The notes under the pieces: model-generated
What the model saw: only the letters and a program-made list of their open reading frames with translations
What the model was told of the DNA's origin: nothing
The model's database searches: none
DNA from: Xylographa opegraphella
Lineage: Eukaryota
Direction: 5' to 3'
NCBI GenBank assembly: GCA_022813865.1
Contig: JALDZX010000018.1
Coordinates: 186,001-250,000 of the forward strand
DNA: 64,000 nt
Position numbers and translations under genes: made by a program
Shown here: positions 25,749 through 38,473 of the stretch, one piece after another
Layout: every line of letters begins with the position of its first letter
How positions within the stretch are numbered: position 1 is the first letter of the stretch

Positions 25749-28700
25749 TCATCGTACCGGCGCCTTGGCTTTTCGTGCGAGTAGATCTTGTAACAAGCCA
25801 TCCAGTCGACTGGACATGTCATCCAGCCGACGATTCTCTTCCTTGCACAGATTCCTCACCACCGGGTGATCCGGTCCGACCGGTTTGAGGTCTGATCTAT
25901 CGTGCACCACGACCAATAGATCTCTAATATCCGTGTCATCCTCCAAGTACGTTCTTAAGCTTGCATCGCTCCATGATGGCAGACTACGAGTTGATAGCAC
26001 AGTCGACGCAGGGGTCTCGGGATCTCGAACGCTATCCTCGGGCGGTGCTTCCAAGAGCTCAGGCGTCGATGCTGGGGAAATTGGCGAAACAGGAGGTTCC
26101 TCTTGCGACGAAGTGTCGCCGACAAGAGGTGGCAGATGTGTCGGGTGCACAATCGGAGATACCTGTACTGGCGATTCGGATAAACGATCTTGTACAGGCC
26201 GGTGTTCCGGCGCAGACTCTGATGGGTGCTGTATAGGGTTTTCTGGGGACTGCTCTACTTCTGGTGATGAATCGAAGTCATCCATGGGCATGCGCTCTTT
26301 GGCCTTCTTGACCTTCTCAGGCTTAATCTCTGACAGCGATGGAGATGAGTGAAGGATATCACGGATAGGAGAAAACATGCCTCCACGAGGTTTCGCTTCG
26401 ACTGGCGACAAGGGACGGTTTGCTAGAGCTGATGCCTGCTCCAGAGAAATGGCAGGTCTTGGCCCTATACCAGCGTTTCTGGACTGCGCTGATTCACTTC
26501 TTTGGATATCTTCGATACCATATGGATCTAAAGATGTATCCGGTGAATGCCTAATGGGCGCGAGTCTAGGTGCGACCTGATCAAAGAGATTTGTCTTGAT
26601 TAATGGCGTTTGACCCTCGCGCGATGGCGAGCGTTTGGTGGGGGCCTGGACTTTTGATGGCTGACTCTTTTGTAGTTTGCTCGTCTGTCTTTGTGGTGAT
26701 CGTGAAGGACTTGTGGGGCCGGGTTGAGTGTCCTGACCTATCGAGTCCGACGAGACCTTTGGTGATGTTGAAGCTTCCTTCGATACCCAATCGGGCTCTT
26801 CATCCTCACTTTGGGGTTTACTCTTCCTGTCTTTGCGCTTGAATAGGCCACTGAGCATTCCAGGCTTCTTCTCTTTCCGTTTCTCGTCTTTCGGTTTTTC
26901 CAATGGCGAAGCAATCTTTTCGAATGTGTCTAAACTGCCTCTGGTTTTGATCTGTGCAAGTTAGTGATTGATCTTCCAAGTGTTTGAATATGCGGGTATT
27001 GACCTCTTTAGCTTCAGTAGGGGTGACCGTAGATGTACTTGAATCGTCCCGAAGTAAGCTGGGTGTCAAGCTCATCTTCCGCGTCTCGCCTGTGTCGTCT
27101 TTGAAGAATGAATCTGTATTTCGTACTGTACCCTTCCTAGACTTGCCAGAAATACCATCATCTGCCGAGAATTAGCACGTCAACCTTTTCGAAGCACTTG
27201 ACAGTTGTATACCTTGATGATCGGATAACTCTTCACTTGTACGGGATCTTTCTGGTTGTGATTCTTGCTCAACATCAGCTATTTGCGGTGCCATTTCTGC
27301 CTGTATCTCGTCGTCATTGGTCATTTCATGTTGAGCTCCTCTAGAATCAAGCGGCTCAACGCCAGCGGCATCCTCTGTACTGCCATCTGCGTCTCCAGAT
27401 TGTAAGGCTAGGCCAGCATCTGCAATCTCAGGGTATTCCCCTTCCTCGTCTTCCTCTTCACTAGAGTACTCATGATCGGAAGGCTCGTGGTAAGTCGGAG
27501 CTGCAAATTGTACTGTTTTGGCGTTTCGGCGCCGCATTGCTTTCTTCAGTGGGTTTTTCGATTTTTCTGGATTGTCTCCGAGCATGGTTTGTGACAACTA
27601 GAACTACTAGTCAATATTTTTGTGGCAGCACAAAAAGACAGAAATCTCCTACGTCGATATTTCTATGTTTGTTTAACCTTGCTAGACGCTCCGTTGGTGT
27701 CTCAATATGCTCGGCTGGAAGATATCCTGAGTTGTATCAGCCAAACGTGGAAACAATTCACTACAAGTTTGACCAACCAATACTGCCGTCTTTCACGACT
27801 CGCACAAGCCACCAATAGCTATTAGTGTCGTCCAGAAGTACCATTGTGTCACCTTTGGCGGCGTTCGCTTGACCTTCGACCGTTGCGACGAACGTGTGTA
27901 ATGCATACACGAATTCGAAACTAATATCTTCTATTTCGCGTAAGCACTCTCCACCCCAGCCAGAGTCGACAAATCGGGGATCGGTAAAAGAAATGTCCTC
28001 GGGATCATCATCAGCATTTTCATCGTCCTCTTCACCGTCAGATGTTGAGCTCCAGTCCTCGGAAGATGATCCCACTCCCGAGAGGCATGGTTCTAGGATT
28101 CCGACGTCATCAAAGCTATCATCCAAAAGCGGATCGTCGGCCGGGAGAAGCAAGTGATGCAAGTCGGCCCCTTCAAAGTCTGTATGGTACGGTTGTTGTA
28201 TGTCATCAATTTCTTCTCGAAAATAGGACATCCTGGTCTCGCTCATAAGGGGTGTCAGTTGGTCCAGGGTTTCACTTGAATAGCTGTCCTCTCGTGGTAT
28301 CTGTTTGAGGCCTTGTTCGATATACTTACCCTGATGATGATCCTTTCGGGACGGCGAACCAGAACCTTGGCTGTTAAAAGAGAGAGGATAATGTATAGAT
28401 GTCGTAAGAAACGGTGATGAGGACGACGAAGTGGAGATCGCTACTGGCTTTTGTATACTTCTTTGTTTTGTAGGTGTTGACAAAAGAGACGATTCCCTGA
28501 CTGGTAAAGGAAGATGATACCCACCAGAGTCAATTGACGGCGAACTGGAGATCTTATCCATCATATCATCATCCATACTGTCTTCCCCCTCTTGGTCGTC
28601 TATTTCTCCGTCTCCTTTGTCCTGCCCGTTGACGTCTCCATTCCTCTGTAGATTTTGGATATGGTGCTCGCTGTCCGCGCCATCATGACCATTGGCAGCA

Positions 28701-29041
28701 AGATCATCATGAAGGAGTTGCAATTCCTTGCCGGAAAGATCGCGGGAATCGCGCGGACTTCGGGTGTGATGCTCGATGGTGTCAAACCCAGCATTCTTCA
28801 ATGCATTAGCTTGATGAGGTGCCGGTGGTCCATCGCCGTACGGCGCTGGATTTGTAGGCTGGCGGGTGTGGTCTTTGGCCGACGGGGCATTCTGGTCTTG
28901 CAAGTCGATTGTGTCTGTAGTGAACAGTACTTAGCTTTACGTCCAGCGTATGGGCCTCCAGAGCACTCGGGCGATGGCGATAATGCTCTTATGCTTGTGC
29001 GACCAAGACTTACCGGCTCGAATGATCTGTGGTCGTGTCAT
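25749..29041 (-). CDS. teaC: SH3-domain polarity protein Tea4/TeaC/Bud14 family, multi-exon
   Basis: Start MTRPQIIRA|DTIDLQD; SH3 EFVYALHTFVATVEGQANAAKGDTMVLLDDTNSYWWLVRVVKDGSIG; PP1-docking-like KTVQF; C-terminal WSDASLRTYL..IRDLLVVV. Confidence 0.9.
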
Positions 29042-30070
29042 GTTGCATAAAAGGGCGACCGAGCCGATTTACGGCGGTTTACGTTTGAGAAAGCGCCGGT
29101 CAAGCTCCGTCTGGTACATACGCTGGAGATACTGAGAAGAGAAGGCTATCTTCCGAAAAACTTCGAGAATTACGTTCAACCCAGCCGCTGGAATAATTCT
29201 GTAACGGATGGGGGGGGGTTGTGGCGGCGGTGAAGTCCTTGTCTTATCGGGGGGTTAGTGGCCGCTTTGCTGACCGGGTTCATGCCTTGGTTTCAGCTGA
29301 GCTATGAGGCTTAGGAGCTGAGGAATGCTTCAATGCGTAGCAATAATCAATCTTATAGAGAAGCCAAGAAGATCATATGAGGGACTTCGATGTCGCGCTT
29401 AGCAAATTCGATGGACTCGAGAAGGGCTTCGGGCGACACGTTGTGATGTGGTCACGGGGCGCTCAAATGCATCATTGTTCATGCTCTCCTCACCCTGATC
29501 TTCAGGGGCTAGGCCCGGGTAGGGTTCTCAGGAACTGGTTTCATCCAAGCAGGGTTGGAAGAATTTCCGGATCAAACAACAAAGAAACTTCCACATCAAC
29601 TTCAGCATCAGCATCAGCATCAACGAACCTTATCAGGTGCTTCTACCTAGAATGGTTCAGCCTCTAAAAGTTCTCTATACCTGCGAGCGCTGATCGTAGG
29701 ATATGTGGATTCCGACTTTCGAGTTCACCAATCGAGCTTTTTTTCCCGTCTACTCTTGACCTCACACGACCTCGAAGAATATATCCCATATCTCGTTTGA
29801 TTTCCATGATGTACTGCTGGAAATCCAGCTGTCTCATATAATTGAAATCTCTAAGATCCGAAAGGAAATGTTAAATGTTACGTTGATAAGTTGTTTAATC
29901 TTCTCTCCATTTCATTCATTATCCATGCATCCAATGCACAATGGTACAAGACCAAGAAAACCAAATATCTCCGATCGTGTTCTCAAAGCAATACACTTCA
30001 TGAATGTGAGACCCCCCACTCCAAGCTCCCGACAACTTCATCAGCGACCACGTGCATCCCCTCCCTCTGC

Positions 30071-30506
30071 CTATCGTGCCTCTCTACCATTTATCCTCAT
30101 CACCTTCTCATACATCGGCGGCGGAGCCTGGACCTCATACCCTCGTCGCTGCTCATCCACATACATCCTGCCCTTCTCGTCCGAGTACTGTGGCGGCGGA
30201 GCCGAGAAAGTGCGGCCCTGCTGTTGTCTCGGCTCTTGCGCAAGTCCGCGCTCAAGGACGGCAGGCGGGTAGCACTCCTTCAAGGCCGATTTTTCTTGAG
30301 AAATTTCTGGAGCGAGCTGCTTGAGGAGAGCGCGCTCTTGTCGCTTTTCTTCGACGTGTCTACAGCCGTGTGGTTAGCTGTGAGCATGCCTAGGGTTATG
30401 TAGAGACGTACTTGACGAGGACGTCGACAAGCGTGCGGATAGCACCTTTCCTGCAGCGGCGAGTGCTGTAGACAGCGCCGTTCTCGTATCGTCTGCGGCA
30501 GCACAT
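30071..30506 (-). CDS. 127-aa protein with N-terminal MCCRRR and two PPxY motifs (2 exons)
   Basis: Exons 30506-30412 and 30359-30071 joined by intron GTACGT..GCTAAC..TAG give 128 in-frame codons including the stop. Confidence 0.7.
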
Positions 30507-31498
30507 GTTGATTGGAGCTGGGGAAAGCTTGAGTAAAACTTGAGGTATGGGATAGTGTGCTGAAAGGGCGTCAAGCAATGATCGATATGGCGCGGAGGTA
30601 TTCCGAAGTCGATATATCAAGATTATCAAAGTACTTGTATCTTCGTAATTCTATTAACACTATTTGCTGCTGTTCAAACATCTCCCCACCCAAGGAAATC
30701 CATCCCTCTTATACCCTCATTCCCCACATCCACCCTCCGCCCACAGGCCCATCCCCATCCCCCATCCCATCATGACTCCGCCGCACTGCCCGTTACGCAA
30801 TTACGCAACCTGCCCATGCGACCGTGCCCACCAGCGCGCTATACCAAAGCCAGCAACCAGAGCGACACGCACGAGCGTGAAAGCGCCGTAGATCCAAGTC
30901 GACCCCGCGTATTTCTGAGGACGTTGCGGCCGTAATTTAGGGCTTAGAGTATTCGGGCGGGGCGATGCCCGCTCCGGCGTGCGGGCTAGTGGGATTTCCA
31001 AACGGACGTTCGGAGTCGGTGGATATTAGACACCGATAGAGAGAGGTGGTCGTTACATCATTCACTTGCGTGCGTGAGGTGCGCGGAGGAGAGGAGAGAC
31101 TAAGGTAGGTAGCTGATGTGCGGTTCTAGGGAAATAAGGTGCTTAGCAGTCCGCGTACTTGATGACCTTTGTGAACAGGAGCGGTATACGAGTCTACTCC
31201 GTAGGAGATGCATTGGCAGGCGATGTACGCGACCTCTTTAGGCAGAACCACAATCGACAGTGCAGCCTCCCTGCTCTGGAAATAGAATTAGGTTGTATAC
31301 AAAGTCAATCGTCGTCGTCTTCATCATTCTGAAGTCCGCCTATATGTTCGACAAAAGAATGATCGCCAATTTTTGATGCGTATATACATGAATGCCGTTT
31401 CCAAAACTCGTACATCTGGTATCAACCTCTCGTGAAACGCAAGCCGCCTAATGCTGATAATGGTAAAAATACCCGTAAGGACAACAACGAAGCCCCTG

Positions 31499-33472
31499 TC
31501 AAAGGTGGTCGCGGCTGCTATCGTACTTGTCCAGTTCACTGCCGTCGCCCGAGTAGCCAATCCGGTCCCGGTTGTCGTCGATGATGCGGCCATACTCGAG
31601 GAGGAGACGAAACATGTAGATCTGGAAGCATACTTCAATTCTCGAAACTCGCTATCAAGCACTATAAGAACTTACCTCGATATCATCCCGCCGCAGCACC
31701 TTGTTAGCCCATTCCCGCCCCTGTTGAGCAATTCGTCGTCCCTCGGCATCATGCTTCGCCACGTATGGCACGCCAGGCAATCGCTCTGCCTGCGAGTCGC
31801 CACTTCCGATAAAATATGTGAGTAAGGTATATATGTCATCGAAACGGTTGTCCATCGGCACGAAATGCCGCCATGCAAACAACCTCGAGTCGTGCCACTC
31901 TCTGAAGATCGTGGCTTTGATGCCCAGAGATCGGCTCTCGAGGAAAGCGCGCCACCGGCCGGAGAAAGAGTGGCCATCCACATCGACCAGGAACTTGTAC
32001 TTGAACTGTTCGGGGAGATCCATCTTTGGTGCCAGAGCCAAGACATTGTCGTATAGATAGCTACAGTTGGGGAAACAAGCGAACGCATCGGTGAAAGCGA
32101 CATCGGTGTGCTGTTGAGCGAATTGGGAGGGGTTGAACTGTCGGAAGTTCTCGTATTCGCCCCTGGCCTCTGGCACTTCAGCCAAGATCCTGGCCGTCTG
32201 GTCGTGCATCTCCGTGCCATTAAGGAGCATCACGAGACGATGGCGGTGCAATCTTCGCCAGCTGTCCTCGACTTGGACGCCGCCTGATGTCGCACCACGC
32301 CAAATAACGATGTCCTCTTTGTCATCCCATTTCAAATCATACTTGTCATCGTAAACATAGCGCTTGTCATTCTTCCAATACATGGACGCTGGGAATAGGA
32401 TGTCGCTATTGACGTTCACTTTGCACTCTCCGAAGACAGGGACAAGTCGCTTGGTGGCAGATATCGAGGAGGCGGAAAATAAAAACCCGTGCTTATCCTG
32501 TATCTCTGGCCCGATGGTACATAGATCAGAAGATAGATTGAAGTTGGTGATGACGCCACCCAAGCGGTTTTTATAGCGAAGTTCCGCAGCGCCTTGATTT
32601 GGTTCCCGTTCATTGGCATGGGATTCGGGAGGGCACGCTGTCTTGGCTATTTCCATGTATTGTCTGCCGGCAGCCCCATACCACCCTGGATCTTCCCGAG
32701 GGCTATCATCATGTTCAACGGTTGTATCAAGCAAATCAGTCATATTCGCGGTAAATTCTCCGTACGCCTCAGGAAGCATTTGGCGTCTGTACATTTCGGT
32801 ATCCAGATAACCTTGCATATCATCCCATGGTACGACAACCCGGGGCTGATCGAACCTGTTTAGAGCAATATCCATATCTGGAATGTGATCGATGAATCTC
32901 TCGATCAGATTCTGCATAGTCTCCGATCTCCACGAGGTATTGTGTTGGCTGACTATCTTCTTGTTCCTAATATGTATGCCTGCAATACCGTCCACGTCTA
33001 CCTCCCACATATGCGCAGCCAATTTCCGAATGATTTTCGGTTCGATAGCCCAGAAAGGCCGTAGGTCGTCCATAACCTGGTCAAAGTCGTCGATATTATA
33101 CACATGTCTGTCCCTAGCGAATTTGTACCACTCCTGAAATCTAGGAGGTGGATGTCTTCCATATTTCCTCCTGTACTTGCTGACAGTCTCCTTGAGTGTT
33201 CTTGAACGGCCGCTGTCGTATTCCCGCCATGTTCGATCCACCTCCGCTATCAATTTCGAAATGGGATGATCATCGACGGGCACGTAAGGGCGGCCCAGCT
33301 CCGAGTCTGCTGAAGTATCATGGCTTGATTTCGTCTTACCAGGAAACGGCACATTATTAATTGTTGAACGTATGTCAGCTCTAGGTAGTGCCAAAAGGTT
33401 TGCGATTAAAATGCAGAATCCGACAGCAATCAGAACCAGGAGCACGCGCCTCTTTCCACCAATAATGGCCAT
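31499..33472 (-). CDS. Glycosyltransferase family 90 (CAP10/Cxt1-like xylosyltransferase)
   Basis: N-terminal signal anchor; YRRKYGRHPPPRF, WRGATSGG, YKFLVDVDGHSFSGRWRAFL, KATIFREWHDSRL..WRHFVP; last exon IYMFRLLLEYGR..*. Confidence 0.93.
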
Positions 33473-33749
33473 GACAGAAGTTTGTGAAACCAGTGGTGGA
33501 TGCCGTATAGTCGCGAGATGGGCACGCTCAAGCCCTTCATAACTTCTGATTTTCCAGAGGATTGCGCATTGCAGCTTTTACCAACATTCCCATCACATTC
33601 AGTAACTTTTTGAATTGGTTATCAAAGCTCCATGATCATTGGCTCACTCGGGTGGCATCAACCTTAATCCGAGACACCAGATGCCAAGGATAACCAAAGT
33701 ATAACTTCCAAACTCATGCTGTAGTCACGATTTAACAACATCCTACAAG

Positions 33750-34763
33750 ATGCCTCCACGACTCCTGACGTCGATCCGACCTCTACTTCGGTCTCCAGCA
33801 ACCTCCCTACTTCTCCCTCCATTCCTCATTCCATGTCTCAATCCGTCCACCACTCACCGCCAGGCATCCATCCTCTCCTCCCTCTCCGACAACCCCCTCG
33901 CCTACCACAAAAAGATCCGCCGTGGCCGCGGGCCCTCCTCCGGCAAAGGGAAAACCTCAGGTCGTGGACACAAGGGCCAAAAACAACATGGAAAAGTTCC
34001 GCGGGGTTTCCAGGGCGGACAAACACCTCTGGAAATCGTGCACGGCACCCGAGGCTTTGTCAATGTCTTCTCCGTCGACATGCAACCCCTCAATCTCTCT
34101 CGCATCCAGTCCTGGATTGACCAAGGCCGCATCGATCCTTCTCGCCCGATCACCATCAAAGAGCTGTCGGACAGTAATTGCGTGGGCAAGATCAAAGACG
34201 GAGTCAAGCTCCTGGCCGACGGCGCGCAGGAACTACGCACCCCGATTAATATCATCATCTCGCGCGCGTCGAAGTCGGCTATTGCGGCGGTGGAGAAGAT
34301 TGGCGGGTCGGTGATGACGAGGTTCTATACACCGTTTGCGATACAGCGGATACTGAAGGGGACGACGGATCCAATCAACTCTTTGCGGTCGGAGCGGATA
34401 ATGATGGAGGAGGAAGAGGAGGATGAGGATGAACGGAACGAAGCCGAAGAAGCCGAAGATGGAGACTATCGTTCCGAAGCGCTGGTAGGCGATGCCACGG
34501 CAACTTCGGAAGCAAGCACGATTGCGAACGCCGTAGCAGCCGTGCAGCCCAGGCGCTCCGGATTCCGTTATCGATTGCCAGATCCGACAAGCAGAAAGGA
34601 CATCGAGTACTACAGGGATCCAGCTCATAGAGGTTATTTGAGCCACTTGGTTAAGGAGGGTCAGACTCCTAGTTTGTTCTTCAAAATACCTACTGGAGGG
34701 AAAGGTGTCGCGGGCAAGCGAGCAGCAGCCAAGAAGGCTTTGGAAGAGAATCGAATATGGTAG
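33750..34763 (+). CDS. MRPL10: Mitochondrial large-subunit ribosomal protein uL15m (YmL10-like)
   Basis: Presequence-like N-terminus; RRGRGPSSGKGKTSGRGHKGQKQ..GFQGGQTPL; KDIEYYRDPAHRGYL. Confidence 0.93.
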   Translation: MPPRLLTSIRPLLRSPATSLLLPPFLIPCLNPSTTHRQASILSSLSDNPLAYHKKIRRGRGPSSGKGKTSGRGHKGQKQHGKVPRGFQGGQTPLEIVHGTRGFVNVFSVDMQPLNLSRIQSWIDQGRIDPSRPITIKELSDSNCVGKIKDGVKLLADGAQELRTPINIIISRASKSAIAAVEKIGGSVMTRFYTPFAIQRILKGTTDPINSLRSERIMMEEEEEDEDERNEAEEAEDGDYRSEALVGDATATSEASTIANAVAAVQPRRSGFRYRLPDPTSRKDIEYYRDPAHRGYLSHLVKEGQTPSLFFKIPTGGKGVAGKRAAAKKALEENRIW

Positions 34764-35201
34764 CATATGTAGCGGAGTGGCCTTCATTCTCGTATACTAA
34801 AGCATGAGTTTCGAGTTTCTGTGTAATTGTTGAGATTGACACGATAAAGCTGGAACCCATGAGGTTCACTATATATATAATAAGTAAATGTGTTCCCAAT
34901 TCGACAGTCATATCAACAACAAGAGGAAGAAAGGTCAAAGTGACGAAGAAGGGTCAGAACCAAGCAAGACAATGGGTATCCTTGCGCAAAACCAAAATCC
35001 CAACGCAGAATATTCGATCCCAACCGTAGTTAGTCATGACTCCGTAAACCCGACAGCTGACTTCCAGATATATCCCTATCCAATGTGCAGTCAACCGTCC
35101 CGACTATACATCGGAGTCCCCAGTTCATAGATAGTCAAAAATAGCATATCTGCATCCAGTCGTTCCTCGTACCCATCACAAAGTGCTCGGCGCCATTATG
35201 G

Positions 35202-37196
35202 TCAAGTTGGCCACCCGTTCCTTCCATCCTCTGTTTGTTCAAATGCTCCTAACCACCTACCATCGAGGCACCTGCCTACTGCCCATCTTTGCTCAGCGTG
35301 CATACACAAACATCCTCGGATCATATCCTTGGCACCATCTGCCCATCCTTTTCCTGTTTCTAGTGCGTTTTCACTCCAGTCGCCTGCCAACACCATGATT
35401 CGCAATTTTGGCTGGAAAACATGCTGAAAGGGCAAGTCTCCAACGACGAGCGCGTAGCATACGACACCATAAGCCCACATGTCCACTGCTGTGCTCAGTA
35501 GCCCTACAGGTGAAAGGATCAGCTCAGGTGAGGCATACTGTAGACTTCCTGCAATGGACGTAGACGTATCAGACGGTCCGATAGCATGCATTGAGGTCTC
35601 GGAGTGTATGGTGCGTGTGTCGCTAGTGAAAAATTCTGCTAGCCCAAAATCACAGAGAAGGAGATTTCCACCCTTTGAGGCAGCTTCTGGACCAGAAAGA
35701 TCGATAAGACAATTTTCGAGTTTAAGATCGCGATGCACAACACGGACATCCTCGTGTAAATAGCGAATCGCTGAAGCAAGTTGATATGCATACCGTCGAG
35801 CAAGTTCCGGTCGAAGCCCTTGCCGGTTGGCGCGAACAAGATCGAAGAGGGTACCTCCACTGTTGAGTTGAGTGAAAGCAAATGTCGCAAAATCAGTAAT
35901 ATACACAGCGAGGAGAGGCAGTATATGTTCATGCGAAAGGCAGCGCCAGACAGAGACTTCGTGCTCAAATTCGGCTTGGAGACGATCATTGTCAACTTCC
36001 TCCTTGCCGTTCAGTTGTCTTCGCACAATCTTAACAGCACGTTTTATGCGATTGCTACCGGATAATGTGTATGCTTCTCGGACGACGCTGAATCCGCCGA
36101 AGCCAATTTGTTTGCCTAACACATATTCACCAATCTCTTGGCCTTCGCCATCGGGCTCAAAGGCCATCTCGTCGCGCTTCCACCTGGAAAGAAACGCCGA
36201 GGCAGGAGAAATAGAAGCTGAAATAGAACTGTGCGTGCTCTGCCCTCGACTCAAGCGGCTGTTGACGCGTTCGAATGTGTAACCCTTCGCTCTATGCCCC
36301 GATGCTCGTCGATGTGATTTAGGCCAGGCGCTGGATTCTTCCAAAGATGTAGGTTGGTGCCAAGGTGAATAGGCAATCACGGGAGAAATGAGGTAGGCCA
36401 TCTCCCCATTGAGAGGTGTGCGTACTTCTTCAAGAACAGGTGATGCAGTGGTTTGTGATGTTAATGAAGTACTATGTTCGAAATCCTGTGGAGGGCTACT
36501 CAATGCTAGGTCATCAACAGTGGCCTGAAGTAAAGGGTAACGACTGATATGAGGGACGTATTTCTTCTCCCTTCCAGAGAGCGGTTGCCGTCCAGAGGAT
36601 AGCTTGACGAGTTCACCAGTTATAGGGTCGTAGTCAGTCCGATCAGCTTCGCTATGGGCTCTCTCCAAAGGGGAGCGTGTTGGCCGTTTAGCTAGCTCTT
36701 GAAGCAACGATCGTCCTCTAGGCCTTGTCTTTATGTGCAGCTTTGGCAAAGACTCCCCCAGCGCTGTCTTGTGGCCGTTCCCAAGTGTGGCCGCTGAGTT
36801 GAATGTAATTGAAGGTCGGCGTTTCTCGAGATATCCTGCTAGTAGAGACGGCTCGTGGTAACGAGAATCAGGCAACAAATCCGGGGTACAGCCTCGATGT
36901 TCAAACTCATCCACATGTGGTGCGGGCACATCGATTGGTGGTGTCGCCGCATAGTCCTTATCGTCCAGGCAAGCGGGACGCTCCTGTGCTACGTCGTGGG
37001 TAGGATCAGTTTCCAAGTATTCGCAAGGTACACTATCTTGCAGGACGCATTCCCAATCATTACAGCCCGATTGCAGACCTGATTCATCGCATCGATTGTC
37101 GCGGTTAGAAAAGTAGGAAGAGGGCGGTGTAGGTGTCGTGGTATCGGACGTCACAGCTCTCAATCGTCTAAATCTTGCCTGGAGGTCGAAGGCCAT
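35202..37196 (-). CDS. Ser/Thr protein kinase (CAMK-like, NNK1-like); 5' end uncertain
   Basis: IGFGGFSVV, AVKIV, HRDLKLEN, DFG, GSLQYASPE and DMWAYGV all intact; first in-frame ATG at 37196, with the frame open about 150 nt further upstream. Confidence 0.88.
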   Translation of the reverse strand: MAFDLQARFRRLRAVTSDTTTPTPPSSYFSNRDNRCDESGLQSGCNDWECVLQDSVPCEYLETDPTHDVAQERPACLDDKDYAATPPIDVPAPHVDEFEHRGCTPDLLPDSRYHEPSLLAGYLEKRRPSITFNSAATLGNGHKTALGESLPKLHIKTRPRGRSLLQELAKRPTRSPLERAHSEADRTDYDPITGELVKLSSGRQPLSGREKKYVPHISRYPLLQATVDDLALSSPPQDFEHSTSLTSQTTASPVLEEVRTPLNGEMAYLISPVIAYSPWHQPTSLEESSAWPKSHRRASGHRAKGYTFERVNSRLSRGQSTHSSISASISPASAFLSRWKRDEMAFEPDGEGQEIGEYVLGKQIGFGGFSVVREAYTLSGSNRIKRAVKIVRRQLNGKEEVDNDRLQAEFEHEVSVWRCLSHEHILPLLAVYITDFATFAFTQLNSGGTLFDLVRANRQGLRPELARRYAYQLASAIRYLHEDVRVVHRDLKLENCLIDLSGPEAASKGGNLLLCDFGLAEFFTSDTRTIHSETSMHAIGPSDTSTSIAGSLQYASPELILSPVGLLSTAVDMWAYGVVCYALVVGDLPFQHVFQPKLRIMVLAGDWSENALETGKGWADGAKDMIRGCLCMHAEQRWAVGRCLDGRWLGAFEQTEDGRNGWPT

Positions 37197-38473
37197 TCCC
37201 CGGCCCAGGCTACCATGAGTGTGACCAACGATGTGGGCAGCACGTTTCGATGCTGTTCCGCTCCTCTTATATTCCACGTTGAGGACCCGAAGCTACGCAG
37301 GGCGTAATAGCGAGTGCGGGTAGAGCTGATAAAGTGCAGCCGGATAAGCTTGTTTTCAGGTTCCTAACCCTTCCGATTCTATAAATGGATCTTTTTCCTC
37401 GACTCGAGTTTCGGCTTCACAGCATGCCGTGGGGGTAAGGACTGGATATTTGGTGCTGAATAGTGGAAAGCTGAATAGTGGAACACGAGGGATAGATATA
37501 GTGGCGACCACGAAAGAGGCACACTGCGTATTACGTAGGATGAGGACTGCAAAATCACCGAATGACGAGATAGGAATGTCTGGTAGGTCAGTCACAAAGG
37601 GTGTACCCCCACATCGATATCGCACTGTTGTGCAATATGCCTGCGCCACTGCAGTTTCAGAGGCCTTGTATGACCGACTGTTTTTAGGTAATGATACGTT
37701 GTCGCAAGTGAAGGTGCAGGGGTCTGCAGTGCAAACTCGGAGCTTGTTGGTGAGAGCGAAATCTGGAAACGGCGCGGTGAGTGCGATGTATGGGCGACGA
37801 ACGGTGACAATTGTGTGTAGATAGATAGACAAAGGAATGGAAATAGACTGTGATGTGCGAACAGCAGCATCCAGGCTTTGCAGAGGAAGACATTTCGCTT
37901 TTAGCCCTGCGGTTCCTCCGATTGCGGGCGCGCGTGCTGCAGGGGTTCATGTCAATGGTCGGAGAGTCCCGTCCGCCCTAAGGTAAACATCTGGTGGAGA
38001 GTTTTATGCAGAGCACAAATCATGTACATAAATACGGAGTACGTCGATTGGAAAATTCAAGGGCAAGTACGACTCCTGGTAGATACCTGTAGAGCCGCTT
38101 GAGGACTCGAGAAAGGTCTGGTTCTTTACACCTTGGTGACCTTGATGGCTCTGTCAGGTGTCTGAACCTGTGATACTTCACTAGTCTACAATGGCGTTGA
38201 TCTTGATGGTTGTTGACGATGCTGCGATTTTTATTTCACCAGAAGATCCACGCACTCCTCGTTCCTTCGTGATTCGCGCCCCTCATTTCTTATACCTGCA
38301 TGAGGTACTGTTGGTCGATCAGCAGTAGGGAATACTTCCGTCTTCCCCGCATGCCTCTACTTCACGTGTTCCGCCTTCTTGAATAGATAAGAAGGTGTTC
38401 CTCCTTCGCAAACATGCCCCTCTCTCGTGTAACAAAGCGCCTGTTGCGATTGCCCAGCAGGCATCTCTACACA

